A DNA stretch of 64,000 bases, taken from Diplonema japonicum (lineage: Eukaryota > Protista > Euglenozoa: Diplonemea). The stretch lies in contig OZ025759.1 in assembly GCA_964019335.1 (NCBI GenBank), forward strand, positions 62,001 through 126,000, in the 5' to 3' direction. This document shows positions 12,901-22,340 of the stretch, piece by piece; positions within the stretch are counted from its first letter, which is position 1; every line of letters starts with the position of its first letter. The notes under the pieces are model-generated. The model was not told the DNA's origin, ran no database searches, and worked only from the letters and a program-made list of their open reading frames with translations. Made by a program: the position numbers and the translations under genes.

Positions 12901-14348
12901 TTGATCTCATGACGCTCGATATGTCGGTAGAGTGCGAGTCGAACAACTATAGAGGGATGAAGTACATCGCCACCGTGTTCCTTCTCGTGTACGGGTTCGG
13001 TGTCCCCCTTCTACTGTTCTGGAGCATCATTCAGTACAGGAAGCATCATAGTGAAGAAGCGACGCAGATGGTCTTCACATTCTTGGTAGGGGGGTTCAAG
13101 GGAGGTGCTTTTAAATTCTGGCAGGGTACCATCATGATGCGGAAGTTCTGTGTTGTGCTTGTTCTTGCGTTCCTGTCGGGCGGGAAGGTGGGTGTTGAGG
13201 GTCTTTCCGCACCGCAGGAAAAAACACGCATTTACGTTGTGATCTGGACGTTGACGTTGTTCCTCGTTCTGCAGGTGCACTTCGCACCGTACGAGCTTTC
13301 CATGCACAATCGTGTCGAGCTGTTGAGCCAGGCCGTCCTTGTGGTGACCCTGAACCTCAGCCTCCTCTTCTTCCTCCACCCAGACTACACCAACGACAAC
13401 AACGACGCTCTAGAAATTGCTCTTGAAGGATTAATGATCTTTATCATCATGCTGAACCTCGCAGTGTTCGGTGCCTTCATATGGGTGTGGGTCAAGGCAG
13501 CACAATCAGACGCAAGGCGTGACCTGGGCATTGCCGAAGACGAAGATTTAATGCAAGCAATTGAAATGAAGATCAAAGCTGGCAAGGACAAGTACTTATT
13601 GGGGAAGACCGTGGAAAGCACGGAAAACGAGAAAGCGAAGAACGAAGAGTCGGCAAGCGAGAAAAAAGAAAGCGAGCACGAAGAAAAAGAAGAGCTCCCC
13701 GAGATCGACGATGAAGAGAGAAAAGCCATGCTGCTAACCGAGGAAATGAAGGCTTTGATAACAGCAGACAAAGAACGTATTAAACAGCAACGAGCTGTTG
13801 ATGTGGAGCTTGTCCCAGCGGATGTCCCAGACCCAGTTGTCGTGTCGTTAAGGAGGAAAAAGAAACCGAAAATGGGTGAGGAAGACTTCTACGGTGCAGG
13901 GGAACCACAGTATCACTTCAAATCAAGGAGGCTCGAGGTAATGGGGACACCTCCTTTCGAGACCCTGAACATTATTGACGAGGCGAAGAAACACGAGGAT
14001 CTTACCTTCAAGATGGCAAGCATTCTGCGCTACGGGGAGGCAAGCGACTCTGAAGGAGTTACTCACGGGCTCTGCTTCGAACCTATAGGTCAGAGGAAGT
14101 TCGTGTTGTCGATGCCATCTGAGGGTGAGCGGGACAAGTGGATCGATTTCTTGAAGCTGCGACTGGCATCCAAGCCTGCCCCGCTTTCTGGTTCAGAGGA
14201 GAACACCCCGCAAACAACACCGGTTATTACGTCTTTCGGGAACCTCGGCACCAGCCGTCGGGCTAAAAAACCGGCTGACTTTAGCGGCGATCTCCTGAAG
14301 ATGTTAGACCCCCGTGTGCGGCCCATAGTCGACGACATTGCCTTGTGA
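6996..14348 (+). CDS. Large multi-pass membrane receptor-like protein: signal peptide, many EGF/laminin-EGF repeats, IPT/Ig-like region, Cys-rich juxtamembrane module, multi-TM bundle, C-terminal PH-like region
   Basis: Signal peptide MQITATLILLALAAMAAA; repeated CSGHGVC...C.C..G..G..C units; juxtamembrane CKKCPTNAIC...EGYW...GPLCSIC; several hydrophobic helices at 12290-13500; tail FVLSMPSEGERDKWIDFL. Apparently intronless. Confidence 0.85.
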   Translation: MQITATLILLALAAMAAAQWCTLDDGTVLYIQQRQAALLATNDLIVTNPSGAAVLFMDENLSLDILVNETDNTYKDAAVGVNTSAVKFLSGSTLADDSVTSVLEFTQLGLLTFTLSISAPPAPDLISSPLTVEIKGRPCLNGCSGHGVCSDLYGCVCSTDNSAGHWASAGSSECNVCAEGYGGTHCNMPCPHSFGEICSGHGVCSQGQFEVPRCTCFNDTDYGFWSGASCSDCAGDYYSYRCTSKCDLSTCNGGQCYPIGGHKREGTGCVCPDNRGGPTCLNCADGVWGPVCDRYCPGGPGNTCSKHGTCNSTGECTCDPSFATRDCSLTCPNGCSGHGACMDGRLNDAACVCNTGFTGYDCSIDSTSACMTGSTVCSAHGNCNVNTCECYDGWSGGVCNQACPGNSGGLVNECYGHGVCTNGACACMTGWKAPDCSSCEDGITGQSCDKACPKDLSGQICSNNGVCYEGKCFCNLKFCGNMCENSVGCASAKCDATQYGPTCAPCPPCMSMSGVCDSGEFGSGTCLCSVGWGGPTCASRCPVGGNGVTCSGNGECSSTGACVCQQYFSGNACETQCQCRHLKDTHTNIYIAALPVCLADGSCDCGDSGFTGPQCDVVCPGAYEGNTCSTHGECYLDGATGTAACNCSSDWKGPLCSECIDGHFGWDCSRYCLNGLVNTTGYGCICDSTYGGDFCEVPCPGNLLCSGHGVCNGGWRETPTCTCSSGWYDTDCSVPCDSTACEGQKECDATGQCDCPGNFLRGSDCTGCAIGYYGTSCELECPCSSHGSCDRETGTICDCDTGNGQHWSGQSCEICAARYLGDDCTVYNHAPKHDGDKLSTGDAMGIAGDIFVDEANNAVVVGSTGIFVILDTLTGDFTCNRVEMCPTPETASTLLFWMDANDIIGLINNCAATPGATIVKYARGSKTCLGQPGIERTISTVDIKLATVAASGDFLYTVEEVNTTQSDLVINNLQGVCAADMTMTPACTRRITLNYKVTSITLRESAAASILVVSGDSWLLEVYNVADPLNPSKSGITVNTPVCTRCRVEKVYMNNDQGPHLLDDMLFVMYRGAGGNLLLHRFVVNTSNGITIEAEAGVNNVPVAGVGWRYTSIYLDPYTGEAYVSVRKSSAVLVRFSNRDGLLLDGKLPLEAGALLSMAGENQTRTLYSLQEATNTTIAMFLMYTVRDTDPKGLDISGGVVGVLGTGFATVRSEAIKLSLGVQRYTGSLLSETLITVTVGVSQKEVTGDCEGEYVEAALSGGDNSHRYTDDETKLHRYDTPVINEAVPWYALEDLGGIITVTGKNFVNTSYAACRYHNPNTSSSYYFSQNDIPKQWVPATTYTYLCAGAACFTYITPTMITCMAPVARRDSGIVSLDVTLDGQTFSESTVFAIVGPRVKLGIGVDESALMPATDATLTLPVIEVFTLDVNDNRVGLESNDTVEVRVTISYKPDMNTTSGEMHCGTLLPNSTCISNQLSTAEGNHPVILSRGYGTIPAGLKFSCLSVGVVTFYASAVVQPLQQSQPLEIRISQGDMHMLVFRDAASSPPCVLSDRNTFSSVLRFADGAGNTLSREKLISLNANHLIVHAEIMSNRSFNENPEKYQESLDLNAGNTITFPAIKLQASQETGYKVVFTAAFKGKDFYLESNTITAADCFTLGGDFFGVSGEVGCKKCPTNAICTFYDPEDGSEPVRMILPKEGYWAYPGSDRMHKCATGACKGLMPPDNPDFCSNGSYGPLCSICEHNYGKAGQDGVCLECNITSGTFALMVILLLVGFLLFAAYSLYTLQQGISSQKSIVLRMLFSHVQVLSAVLVLSIPWDKCATYMFFRGMLVASDSSNMNLAELSVVDCMFSQYTFYLIIMTTPAIFIPVSLFVYALVQSFACWKNRNRRRFQEPEWIGREEARVHEQEKAEQEGRELTLANRLADYHISKVFIVVGVVVFFIEYQMLAKQSSAQISCTTLWNGTQSIDLMTLDMSVECESNNYRGMKYIATVFLLVYGFGVPLLLFWSIIQYRKHHSEEATQMVFTFLVGGFKGGAFKFWQGTIMMRKFCVVLVLAFLSGGKVGVEGLSAPQEKTRIYVVIWTLTLFLVLQVHFAPYELSMHNRVELLSQAVLVVTLNLSLLFFLHPDYTNDNNDALEIALEGLMIFIIMLNLAVFGAFIWVWVKAAQSDARRDLGIAEDEDLMQAIEMKIKAGKDKYLLGKTVESTENEKAKNEESASEKKESEHEEKEELPEIDDEERKAMLLTEEMKALITADKERIKQQRAVDVELVPADVPDPVVVSLRRKKKPKMGEEDFYGAGEPQYHFKSRRLEVMGTPPFETLNIIDEAKKHEDLTFKMASILRYGEASDSEGVTHGLCFEPIGQRKFVLSMPSEGERDKWIDFLKLRLASKPAPLSGSEENTPQTTPVITSFGNLGTSRRAKKPADFSGDLLKMLDPRVRPIVDDIAL

Positions 14349-14815
14349 GGGTTTTTTTTTTTCTTTTTTTTTTTTTTTCTCAAATGAACTTTTTAGTGAA
14401 TCGACACGCTTCTTTTCTTTCCCTCGCCATGCTATTTTTTTTTTTTTTTTTTTGAAAGTTTCTTAGAACCGTAGAAGTAATTTAAAAAAAAAAAAAGAAA
14501 AAACCCCCCCATGTTTTCCTACATGGGGGAGAGGGCGGTTTTTTATTGACACAACTAAAAAAAAAATGAAGTGGGGGGGAGAAAAAAAAAAAGAAAATAC
14601 CCCCCTCCCTTTTTTCTACCCTCCTTCCTCGAACGATAATTTTATTTGTTTCATTTGTGTTTTAGGTACTCATTCAAAAAAGAAAATTCTGGTTCGTGTT
14701 TTTTTTTTCTCTTTTTTTTTCCGTATTATCTCTTAACTGACCTCGTCCTGTCCTTGTTTCGCCATTATGTTCCCCAAGAAAAAAAAAAAGAAGGGGAGGA
14801 AAAGGATACAAGAAA

Positions 14816-15838
14816 ATGCTCCTTCGTCCTGTGTTCGATGAGCGGGGGAACGTGAGATATGCAGAAGACGATGCCGTCAGACACGAAGACGACCGAGTTG
14901 GGGTCCTCACCCCTGCGAGCATTGAACGGACAGAGTACAGCCCCCCTGCCGCAGTTCCCATGTTTGTGAGCGTCATGGAGATGGAGCCGAGCCCTGCCCC
15001 GCAGCAACGGAGGGAACAATCTCCATCACCGGTGTATCTCCCAGGACCGCCGCCTCCTGTTCGAGGGTTTAGCGTTGGGGGAGAGTCGTTATATGAAGAA
15101 ATGAAAAGGCTTGCGGAAGGTGTTCGCATAGAAACCACAGACTGCATCCTTCCCCGACCACCGCCGCAACACGAATATCCAGTGCAATACCCCCTCCCTG
15201 TTGTGGCAATGGAGCACACTGTGGTACGGCACGTTGGTGGCGACGATGAGTTTTTCAGCAGTGTTCTCGCGGAATACGTAGCCGAGGACGAAGATGACGA
15301 CGAGAACGGGCAGCAGAACGCGGCCGACGAGACAGCGCTGCTCCGTGTCCCACACATCCCGCACCCGTTGGGCACTGATGCCGCAGACATGTCGCGCCCA
15401 TGTGCAAAACAGTCCAAAAGAAAGTTCAAAAACAAAGTCCTCGAACCATACGGGCAGACATGGTCCGCGATCAAGTACCTCGTGCCACACATGTCACCGT
15501 TGTACCTTGCAGACGATGTCGAAAGGGCGGGGAGGCTGCACTATGAGAGGCTTGAGGAGTTCCAGAGAGACGAGGCGGGGGCAAGGCTCGCCTTCACAGA
15601 AAAGTGGTGGCGGTCGTGGTACCGCCTTCTAGGGAAGATCCACCCTGTCCACCAGCACATCAAAGACAGACTGCGTGCCGACCGCAAGGAACGCAAGCAA
15701 CGAGCAAAGAAAATGGCGCGAATGGTTCAACAACAGTACCAGCCGACCATGGACACGATTCACGATGAAGTGCATGGACAAGTCACAGGGCTGCAAGCTT
15801 TGCGGGCGCAGTGGGCAAACGACTTGAATATGGGTTGA
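14816..15838 (+). CDS. Hypothetical protein (340 aa)
   Basis: Long ATG-initiated ORF with coding-like composition, bounded by homopolymer spacers. Confidence 0.7.
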   Translation: MLLRPVFDERGNVRYAEDDAVRHEDDRVGVLTPASIERTEYSPPAAVPMFVSVMEMEPSPAPQQRREQSPSPVYLPGPPPPVRGFSVGGESLYEEMKRLAEGVRIETTDCILPRPPPQHEYPVQYPLPVVAMEHTVVRHVGGDDEFFSSVLAEYVAEDEDDDENGQQNAADETALLRVPHIPHPLGTDAADMSRPCAKQSKRKFKNKVLEPYGQTWSAIKYLVPHMSPLYLADDVERAGRLHYERLEEFQRDEAGARLAFTEKWWRSWYRLLGKIHPVHQHIKDRLRADRKERKQRAKKMARMVQQQYQPTMDTIHDEVHGQVTGLQALRAQWANDLNMG

Positions 15839-15993
15839 ACATACGAGCTTCTTTCCCCCCTTTTTTTTTTCTTGTATTAAAAAAAAAAAAACACACACCC
15901 TGTTTAGTTATTATTTTGTATTGTTTCTTTCTTTTTTTTTTATGGCTTTTCATCGAGAAACAAAACACCCATCAAAGTCAACGAGACAGGCAG

Positions 15994-16509
15994 ATGTCGG
16001 AAGCTCGAACAACAAGGAGGAGCAAGAAGAGGCCGGGTTCCAAACAGGTTGGCCCGCGGCAGTGGGCATTTGACGATGAAGGGAACATCCTTGGGTTCAG
16101 TTTCAGGGGTTTGAGAGCTGACGTTCTTGTAAGGTTGAAAACCGACAATTTATACACACTAGAGGAGTGCAAGGTGATTATACGGGAGATGCTGAAGTAT
16201 GCCACCGCTTGGTGTGAGGTGGAGCTGGCGCAGCTGATGTACCTCAGCAACTTGCACAGAAAGCTCCTCCCAGACTCTGCATCTCACCTCGGGTTCCAGT
16301 GGCCCACCTCTGCCGCTCCTGAGCTCTCCTTCGACTTCGGCACCGACCTCACTGCGGTCAACCCCCGCTTCCGCGTAGGCAAGATCGTGGAGGAGCTTAA
16401 CAAATCGCTGATCAGGCTTTCCGACCAGCTCCTCATGCAGCGCAAGGAGCGGTTGCTCTACGCCGCGAGGCTGCTCGAGGATCTTGAGAAGGTGGAGGAC
16501 TTCCAATGA
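15994..16509 (+). CDS. Hypothetical protein (~171 aa)
   Basis: ORF from the first in-frame ATG after the poly-T/A spacer (MSEARTT...); coding-like composition. Confidence 0.7.
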   Translation: MSEARTTRRSKKRPGSKQVGPRQWAFDDEGNILGFSFRGLRADVLVRLKTDNLYTLEECKVIIREMLKYATAWCEVELAQLMYLSNLHRKLLPDSASHLGFQWPTSAAPELSFDFGTDLTAVNPRFRVGKIVEELNKSLIRLSDQLLMQRKERLLYAARLLEDLEKVEDFQ

Positions 16510-16610
16510 AACCCCCGAAAATAGAGTTTTTCTTTCTTCTTCTTAGATTAGGTATTAGTGCAGGGTTTTCTTCTTCTTCTTTTCTTTCTTCTTCTTTTTG
16601 TATTTGCTTA

Positions 16611-17030
16611 GGAGTGCCCAAGGTCTATAGGACTAGACCCAATGTTCTTAAATGCTTAAATACTTGAGTGGTCTTCCTCCTCTGCCGTCTCCCAGTGTCT
16701 TAATACCTTCTCCCATCTCCTCGGTATCTGTATATCTAAGATTCATTTCTTGATGCGTTTTCCCAATTCTCTTCTCGCATCTCGCGTTCAACGTCAAATC
16801 TGAGAATCTTAAGCCTCCTGCGTACATCATAACGCTCGCCGCTGCTGCTAGTTCCCCACTCAGCTCTCGGCATCCAGTGCCTGCGCAAAGCTCTCCATAC
16901 TTCGATGACCTTCGAAGCACGTAATTTCGCGAAGGAGCCCACCTGGGTAGCGATTTTGGAGCTCTGCTGACTTATTTTAGAGACTTGGGGGGACTTTGAG
17001 AATTTCGAAAACCTGGGGTTAACAATTCAC
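16611..17030 (-). mobile_element. Degenerate tyrosine-recombinase (DIRS/VIPER/TATE-type) element remnant
   Basis: Minus-strand translation gives AAAASVMMYAGGLRFSDL (YR box I-like) then IGKTHQ (like the KTDQ catalytic-Lys motif). It is frameshifted and foreshortened, and opposite to the strand of all host genes. Confidence 0.5.
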
Positions 17031-17116
17031 CCAAAAGATCTCTTCCCCCCCCTCCCCCTTGGTCGGGTTCAGTCACATTGAAGGGAGGGGAGGGAAAAGG
17101 AAGAAAAAATAAAAGC

Positions 17117-17486
17117 ATGGCCGCCCCTGCTGCTCCAGTAGGTGTTCCTGCTGCTCCAGCAGCAGCGCCCGTGGCGGCAGCACAGCCAGCAGGTGTCCCG
17201 GTGGCTGCAGGTCCGGTTGCAGCTGCCGTACCTGGTGCTGCGCCTGTGGCTGCGGCGCCCGGTGCAGCTGCCCCTCAGATGCGGCCTGGGGGTGCACCTG
17301 GTGCTGCTGCTGTTCAAAAGCCTGCTGGGGCTCCTGCCCCCGGCCAGCCTGTGACCTGCCCCCTTACCCTCCCCCAGATGGCAGCATGCGGAAGGGTGTG
17401 TCATGTGATTATTTTTAACAACAAAACAAACACAGGTGTTGGAGCCCTTCGCAACACCGTCGACTACGAGCTGCAGCATCATGTGA
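17117..17486 (+). CDS. Small Ala/Pro-rich protein with C-terminal CaaX (109 aa); intron 17396-17435
   Basis: Removing a 40-nt GTGTGT...ACACAG intron gives ...QMAACGR|VLEPFATPSTTSCSIM*. Confidence 0.75.
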
Positions 17487-17907
17487 GGGGGTGTTGAAGA
17501 AGAGAAAAAAAAAAAAAGAAAAGTCAAATGGGGGTGCGGGAACCCATCAAAAAAGAGTGGGGTAAAAAAAAAAAAAACAAAAAAGAACATTACACTTTTT
17601 TCTTGTTTTTTTTTCCCCCCCTCCTTTTTCTTCTCTTTCTATTTGGTCCGTTGCTCCACTTCCTTATCTCCTTTTTTTCTTTCTTTCTTTTTTTTTAAAG
17701 TTACAGTTTTTTTCTTCTTCTTCTTCTCCCTCCTTATTACACGGTGATCGCTTTTTTTCTTTTCTTTTCCTTCTTCTTTACACCACGTTCATTACCTCTA
17801 TTCCCCTCCCCCCCTCCCCCCGTTGTAGTGTGGGTAGTATATTTCATACAATAAACTACTCTGTTCCAAGCCAAACGAAAAATTGCCCTCAAGGTCTAAA
17901 TCATGCA

Positions 17908-19563
17908 ATGATAAGGGAAGCAGTGGGGAGTAGGTACCATGTGACGCTGGTAGAGTGCGACACGACCGTGCGTCGTGTGAACGACAACAAGGGTCTGTAC
18001 GTCACGAAGGAGATGGTGGAAAGGTATGCAAGAGGCGGCACCATCACAAAAGAGTGTTCCCTCTACGAAGGCAAGCCGACCATCATCCCTGAAGGACGCG
18101 TCGTCGCCATCTCTACCATGGGCCACGCCATGTGGAGAGGTGCCAAGGGCGCTTTGGAACAACTCACAGGACATCTTGACGGTGGCACAGGCGGCTCCGC
18201 TGCCGATTTCTGGGCCGAGTCGGTCCACCCCGAAGGAACGGTTATCACCCATTTTGACATAGACAGCAAAATACCTGGAAGAGGCGCGGTGTTCTGGTCT
18301 TGTGGTGATGCGTACAATGCAGTGGGGCAAGGCAGGCATCATGTCAAGCTGCCTTCCGAGGCAACGAATAAAATCACGTTCACCCTCATCGACGGGAAGC
18401 AGCTCGACGCCCTCTCCATCGCCGTGCACACCGCCAAATCGTCCGACACCATTACCATACTGACCACGGCCTGCCCCTCACCTCTTGCTTTCTTCACCCG
18501 CATTCCCCGGAACACGAAGTTCGCCCTTATTGAAAAATGCGATACCTGGCTGCACGTTGACACCTCCCACGGGCAAGGCTACATACGCGAGGCTGCGGCA
18601 TCCCAACTCCCATCCGGTCCCATCACAACCCCTGACTACCACCATGTTCCAGAGGCCATCCATCATGCAGGCACTTCATGGGGGGTCATACACTGCTGCA
18701 CTGTTGGCCATTACACCAAAAGCGTTTCGATCTCGTGTCATCTGTCCGGCACGGGCAAGGTGTATTACAGCACAGGGAAGGGGAAGAAACACCTGATATT
18801 CTCGACGAACGGAAAGGAGCAGGATTGCCTGACGTGTCTGAATGGGAACGAGATCCCCCAGGGAAGCCTGTACATCGCTATGCGGTGCCATGACGAGGAA
18901 GATGTAGTGCGTGTGACGTCCCTGCGAGTGTCTATGCAGTACGAGCATCAGGCCCTGCACTGTTTTCTGTTGCCTTCCGTCACTTCCATGTTCAAGGACG
19001 CCCCTTCAAGGGTCAGCCCGCATGACATGCTGAAACTTTCGAAACCCCACAGCCCGCACCACAAGCTGTGGTTTTCCTTGATAATGTCGTGTGTGGAGAA
19101 GCTCGCCATGCTGCCAAGGAGTATATCTGTGAAAACACGAAAGGGGCGGCTTGTGGTGGAGCCAAAAGCTGTGTTTGATCCATTCAAGGCACAGATTGAC
19201 TTGGACTCCACTTTCTTGAGTCTGAAAAGTACCGAGAAGAGGAGTCTCATCGAGGCGTCGAAGACCAAGACCTCCAGCAGTAAAACAAGCACCCGGAAAT
19301 TCACGCCCAAGTACCCGTTGCTGCTGAAGAATGTTTCGGTAAGGAAGCAACAGCATCCTGGGCTGCGGACACCGGTGGCGCATATCCACGCCTCGCCGTT
19401 CCACATTCCCAAGCACACGGCCAGAAGGTGCGAGACAACTTCCGGAACCCTCTTCACGGACCTGCTCTTCGAGACGGAGCCCAAGCCCCCTGCAGAGTAC
19501 TCGACAACACGCTGTGCCCTCATATGCAAACGCCTGAAGATCCCTCAAACTACTTTTCAGTAG
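17908..19563 (+). CDS. Hypothetical protein (~550 aa)
   Basis: Long ORF with no recognised motif; start taken at the first in-frame ATG. Confidence 0.7.
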   Translation: MIREAVGSRYHVTLVECDTTVRRVNDNKGLYVTKEMVERYARGGTITKECSLYEGKPTIIPEGRVVAISTMGHAMWRGAKGALEQLTGHLDGGTGGSAADFWAESVHPEGTVITHFDIDSKIPGRGAVFWSCGDAYNAVGQGRHHVKLPSEATNKITFTLIDGKQLDALSIAVHTAKSSDTITILTTACPSPLAFFTRIPRNTKFALIEKCDTWLHVDTSHGQGYIREAAASQLPSGPITTPDYHHVPEAIHHAGTSWGVIHCCTVGHYTKSVSISCHLSGTGKVYYSTGKGKKHLIFSTNGKEQDCLTCLNGNEIPQGSLYIAMRCHDEEDVVRVTSLRVSMQYEHQALHCFLLPSVTSMFKDAPSRVSPHDMLKLSKPHSPHHKLWFSLIMSCVEKLAMLPRSISVKTRKGRLVVEPKAVFDPFKAQIDLDSTFLSLKSTEKRSLIEASKTKTSSSKTSTRKFTPKYPLLLKNVSVRKQQHPGLRTPVAHIHASPFHIPKHTARRCETTSGTLFTDLLFETEPKPPAEYSTTRCALICKRLKIPQTTFQ

Positions 19564-19743
19564 GTTCCATGCAATTTGTTTATACTTATGTCACGTTATT
19601 TTTTTTAACAGCGTGTTTTTTTTTTTTTTTTTTTTTTTTTTTGGCCTCCTTTTATCCCTTGTGTTCTTTTTTTTTTTTTTTTACTTTCTCATTCAGGTGC
19701 CCGTGGGTCGGGTCGGGTGTGTAAAAAAAAAAAAAAAAAAAAA

Positions 19744-22131
19744 ATGCGGAAGGTTGTCGGCAATGTCGCGTACCGTCTTATGGAAGACGAAATGAACTCC
19801 TATTGGGTGCTGGAACAGGTGGGTGTGCTCCCTACAGACCTGCGGGGCGTGGACGAACGGAGAATTTGGAAGATTAAAAAGGACAAAACAAGAGGAGGAA
19901 AAGAGTTTTATATGAACATTGCGACCGGGTGGAAAGGGTGGGTGCTGCCTGCTGACGGGTGGGAGGGCGAACCTGACGAGAGGTACCTCAAAAGGAAGAT
20001 GGCCGCAGGGCTCCCGCCGAAGCCCTCTGCACCTTCTGAGTACAGCAGTATCAGTGGTGAGATACTCAACAACCACGACGCTAGCCTCGATACCATGCAG
20101 TTACCTTGTTTCCCTGTTACCTCGTTTGTCGCACACAGCTTCCCAATGGAGCCTAGCACCACCTCTCTAGTCCCAGATGTCTCCACGGAGCCTCCCGTGA
20201 GTGACTTCGACATAGGGTCTCGGTCAAGAGAGCCCTCAGCGTCTTCTCAAGCACCTTTACCCAACTCCCCACCACGGCCACACGTGGAACCAGCACTACC
20301 GCCCTCCGTGCGGGAGCCTTCTGTAGAATCCGTTGCCAGCACTGCTACCAGCGCCTACTGCATCAGCGAGGTCACAGACTTTGATGGGTACACAGAAGAT
20401 GATGTCTTGAAGAAGACGATGCTCGACCACGACATCGCGTTGTGCAGGATGGAAGTTGAGACCATCAGCAGCTCCACTGTAGGCGGCCTCGGCATGCAAA
20501 TGGGCAGCATCGCCAGGATCCACAAGGAAGTCGTCAGCACCCCTTCTTGGGAAGATGATGGTGAGCTGGAGGTGTCCTTCGCGGAAGAGGAACTCCGAGC
20601 TGCTGCGGAGAACCCTCTGTCGCGTCCCTTTGAGCAACTTTACCGACCGTCGCCCCTCATGCAGAATAGCTCGCGCCCGACGGAAAGCGAAAATAGCGTG
20701 CAAAGCGGAAGCCAGCCTGCTGCCTCTGCACCCCCCACACCAATGCCATCGCCAGCATTGCTGTCAACGTCAACACCCTCTCACACGACTCTGAGCACTG
20801 CAGTGCAAGCTGGTCCATCTGGGGTGCCTATTCTCAACTCAGCACAAACACCCACCACGGCGAGCCACGCACCATCTCTCAGTTCAACAAGCATTCTTAG
20901 TGTGGCACCAACGCTCAGTACAGTGCCTTCTAACGCGACTGTCACACACGGGGCTGCCGCGTCATCTCTCGGTTCAACAAGCACTCTAAGTGCTGTGCCA
21001 ACGCTCAGTACAATGCCTTCTAATGCGACTGTCACACACGGGGTTGCCGCATCATCTCTCGGTTCAACAAGCGCTCTTAGTGATGCGCCAACGCTCAGTA
21101 CAGTGCCTTCTAATGCGACTGCCACACCCGAGGCCGTGCACGCTCTCAGTGCTGCGAGCACAGCAGCCTCCACGATCACTAGCACGGCCGCACGAGTTTC
21201 ATCTGCTTCGCGGACGCACACGCCTACTCTCGTGCCACTCTCCAGCCATAGCTCGCAACCCCTTTCGATGGCTTCGTCTGCTAAGACATCGTCTGCTTCT
21301 CTTAGCGTGCCCTCCAGCAATGCAACGCCACCGATACCAGTAGTCCCTGTGGCGATGCCTCCGACCCTTGCGCCCACCACCCCCGTGCTGAGCAAGAGGC
21401 AGGCATTTCCGCCGGTGTTGTTACCGATATGCCCGCCGCGACCTGTGACTCCCCTCTCGCTTCCCTCCAGTTCACCACAGCCGAAGGTGCCGAACAGGTC
21501 ACCCTCGGTGGATGCGCAGAGCATGCTGGATGATCTGGTATCGTCGGGGAAGAAAGAAGCAAGGGCGTGGTCGATAGAGAAGACGGATGAGCAGCGAAAG
21601 AACGAACAGCTGGTGGCGACGCTGATGACTAAAATCGAGAATTTGATGAAGTGCCAGATGGACCAGAGTCTGGAAGTGGAACAGCTAAGGAGCGATCTGC
21701 ATGCAGCGAGGGCGGCAGAAAGGGCAGCGGAGGAGGAGCCGACACCCGTGAAAGGTGGGTTCAAACTGACAGGGAGAGGTTTGGGAGTAGGTGTGTTTCA
21801 GCCTCCCCGGAGCATACCTTATGAAGGGGAAGGGCCCGGGAAGGCGGCACCGCCGTCGCCTTCTGTGGAGTCAGAGGGGTTGGGGCACGAAATCGTTCCA
21901 CGGTCACCCCCCCATGTGGCACCCCCGCCGGCTGCTCGCCGTCGTCCCCTCACACGCTACGGATACATCGAGGACGAGTTCAAAGCACGTCCCCCACACA
22001 GGCGGAACAGCACAAAACGGCCCACAACAACGACAACTACCATAACCACCCGAAAGCGCCTCCACCCAACACCCATCGACACGCGAAAGCCTCTCCGGCC
22101 TTCCACTACTGTCAACAAACCTTTCAGGTAA
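19744..22131 (+). CDS. WW-like domain, Ser/Thr/Pro-rich, coiled-coil protein
   Basis: WKIKKDKTRGGKEFYMNIATGWKGWVLP resembles a WW domain. Also an internal 30-aa repeat and a coiled-coil-like segment at 21590-21730. Confidence 0.75.
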   Translation: MRKVVGNVAYRLMEDEMNSYWVLEQVGVLPTDLRGVDERRIWKIKKDKTRGGKEFYMNIATGWKGWVLPADGWEGEPDERYLKRKMAAGLPPKPSAPSEYSSISGEILNNHDASLDTMQLPCFPVTSFVAHSFPMEPSTTSLVPDVSTEPPVSDFDIGSRSREPSASSQAPLPNSPPRPHVEPALPPSVREPSVESVASTATSAYCISEVTDFDGYTEDDVLKKTMLDHDIALCRMEVETISSSTVGGLGMQMGSIARIHKEVVSTPSWEDDGELEVSFAEEELRAAAENPLSRPFEQLYRPSPLMQNSSRPTESENSVQSGSQPAASAPPTPMPSPALLSTSTPSHTTLSTAVQAGPSGVPILNSAQTPTTASHAPSLSSTSILSVAPTLSTVPSNATVTHGAAASSLGSTSTLSAVPTLSTMPSNATVTHGVAASSLGSTSALSDAPTLSTVPSNATATPEAVHALSAASTAASTITSTAARVSSASRTHTPTLVPLSSHSSQPLSMASSAKTSSASLSVPSSNATPPIPVVPVAMPPTLAPTTPVLSKRQAFPPVLLPICPPRPVTPLSLPSSSPQPKVPNRSPSVDAQSMLDDLVSSGKKEARAWSIEKTDEQRKNEQLVATLMTKIENLMKCQMDQSLEVEQLRSDLHAARAAERAAEEEPTPVKGGFKLTGRGLGVGVFQPPRSIPYEGEGPGKAAPPSPSVESEGLGHEIVPRSPPHVAPPPAARRRPLTRYGYIEDEFKARPPHRRNSTKRPTTTTTTITTRKRLHPTPIDTRKPLRPSTTVNKPFR
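20873..21125 (+). repeat. Coding minisatellite, ~2.8 x 90 bp (30 aa: SLxSTSxLSxxPTLSTxPSNATVTHGxAAS)
   Basis: CATCTCTC(A/G)GTTCAACAAGC recurs at 20873, 20963 and 21053. Confidence 0.9.
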
Positions 22132-22340
22132 TTCCTTTAGATTTTTGTGTTTTTTTTTTTCTTCTTTTACCTCCCCCCCCACCCTTATTTTTTATACTTG
22201 TTAAACCAAAATTGAAAGAATCCCCCTCTCCCCCCTCGTAATGTAATGCTGTTATTTTTTAGCCCCTTTTTTAGAAAGTTCTTTTTTATTTTATTTCCCC
22301 CCTGTTGTAACACCAATACAATTTTCTAGCACAAGGCAAG

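Noticed and set aside
20873-21125. CRISPR-like repeat array
   Set aside because: In-frame coding minisatellite without unique spacers, in a eukaryotic context.
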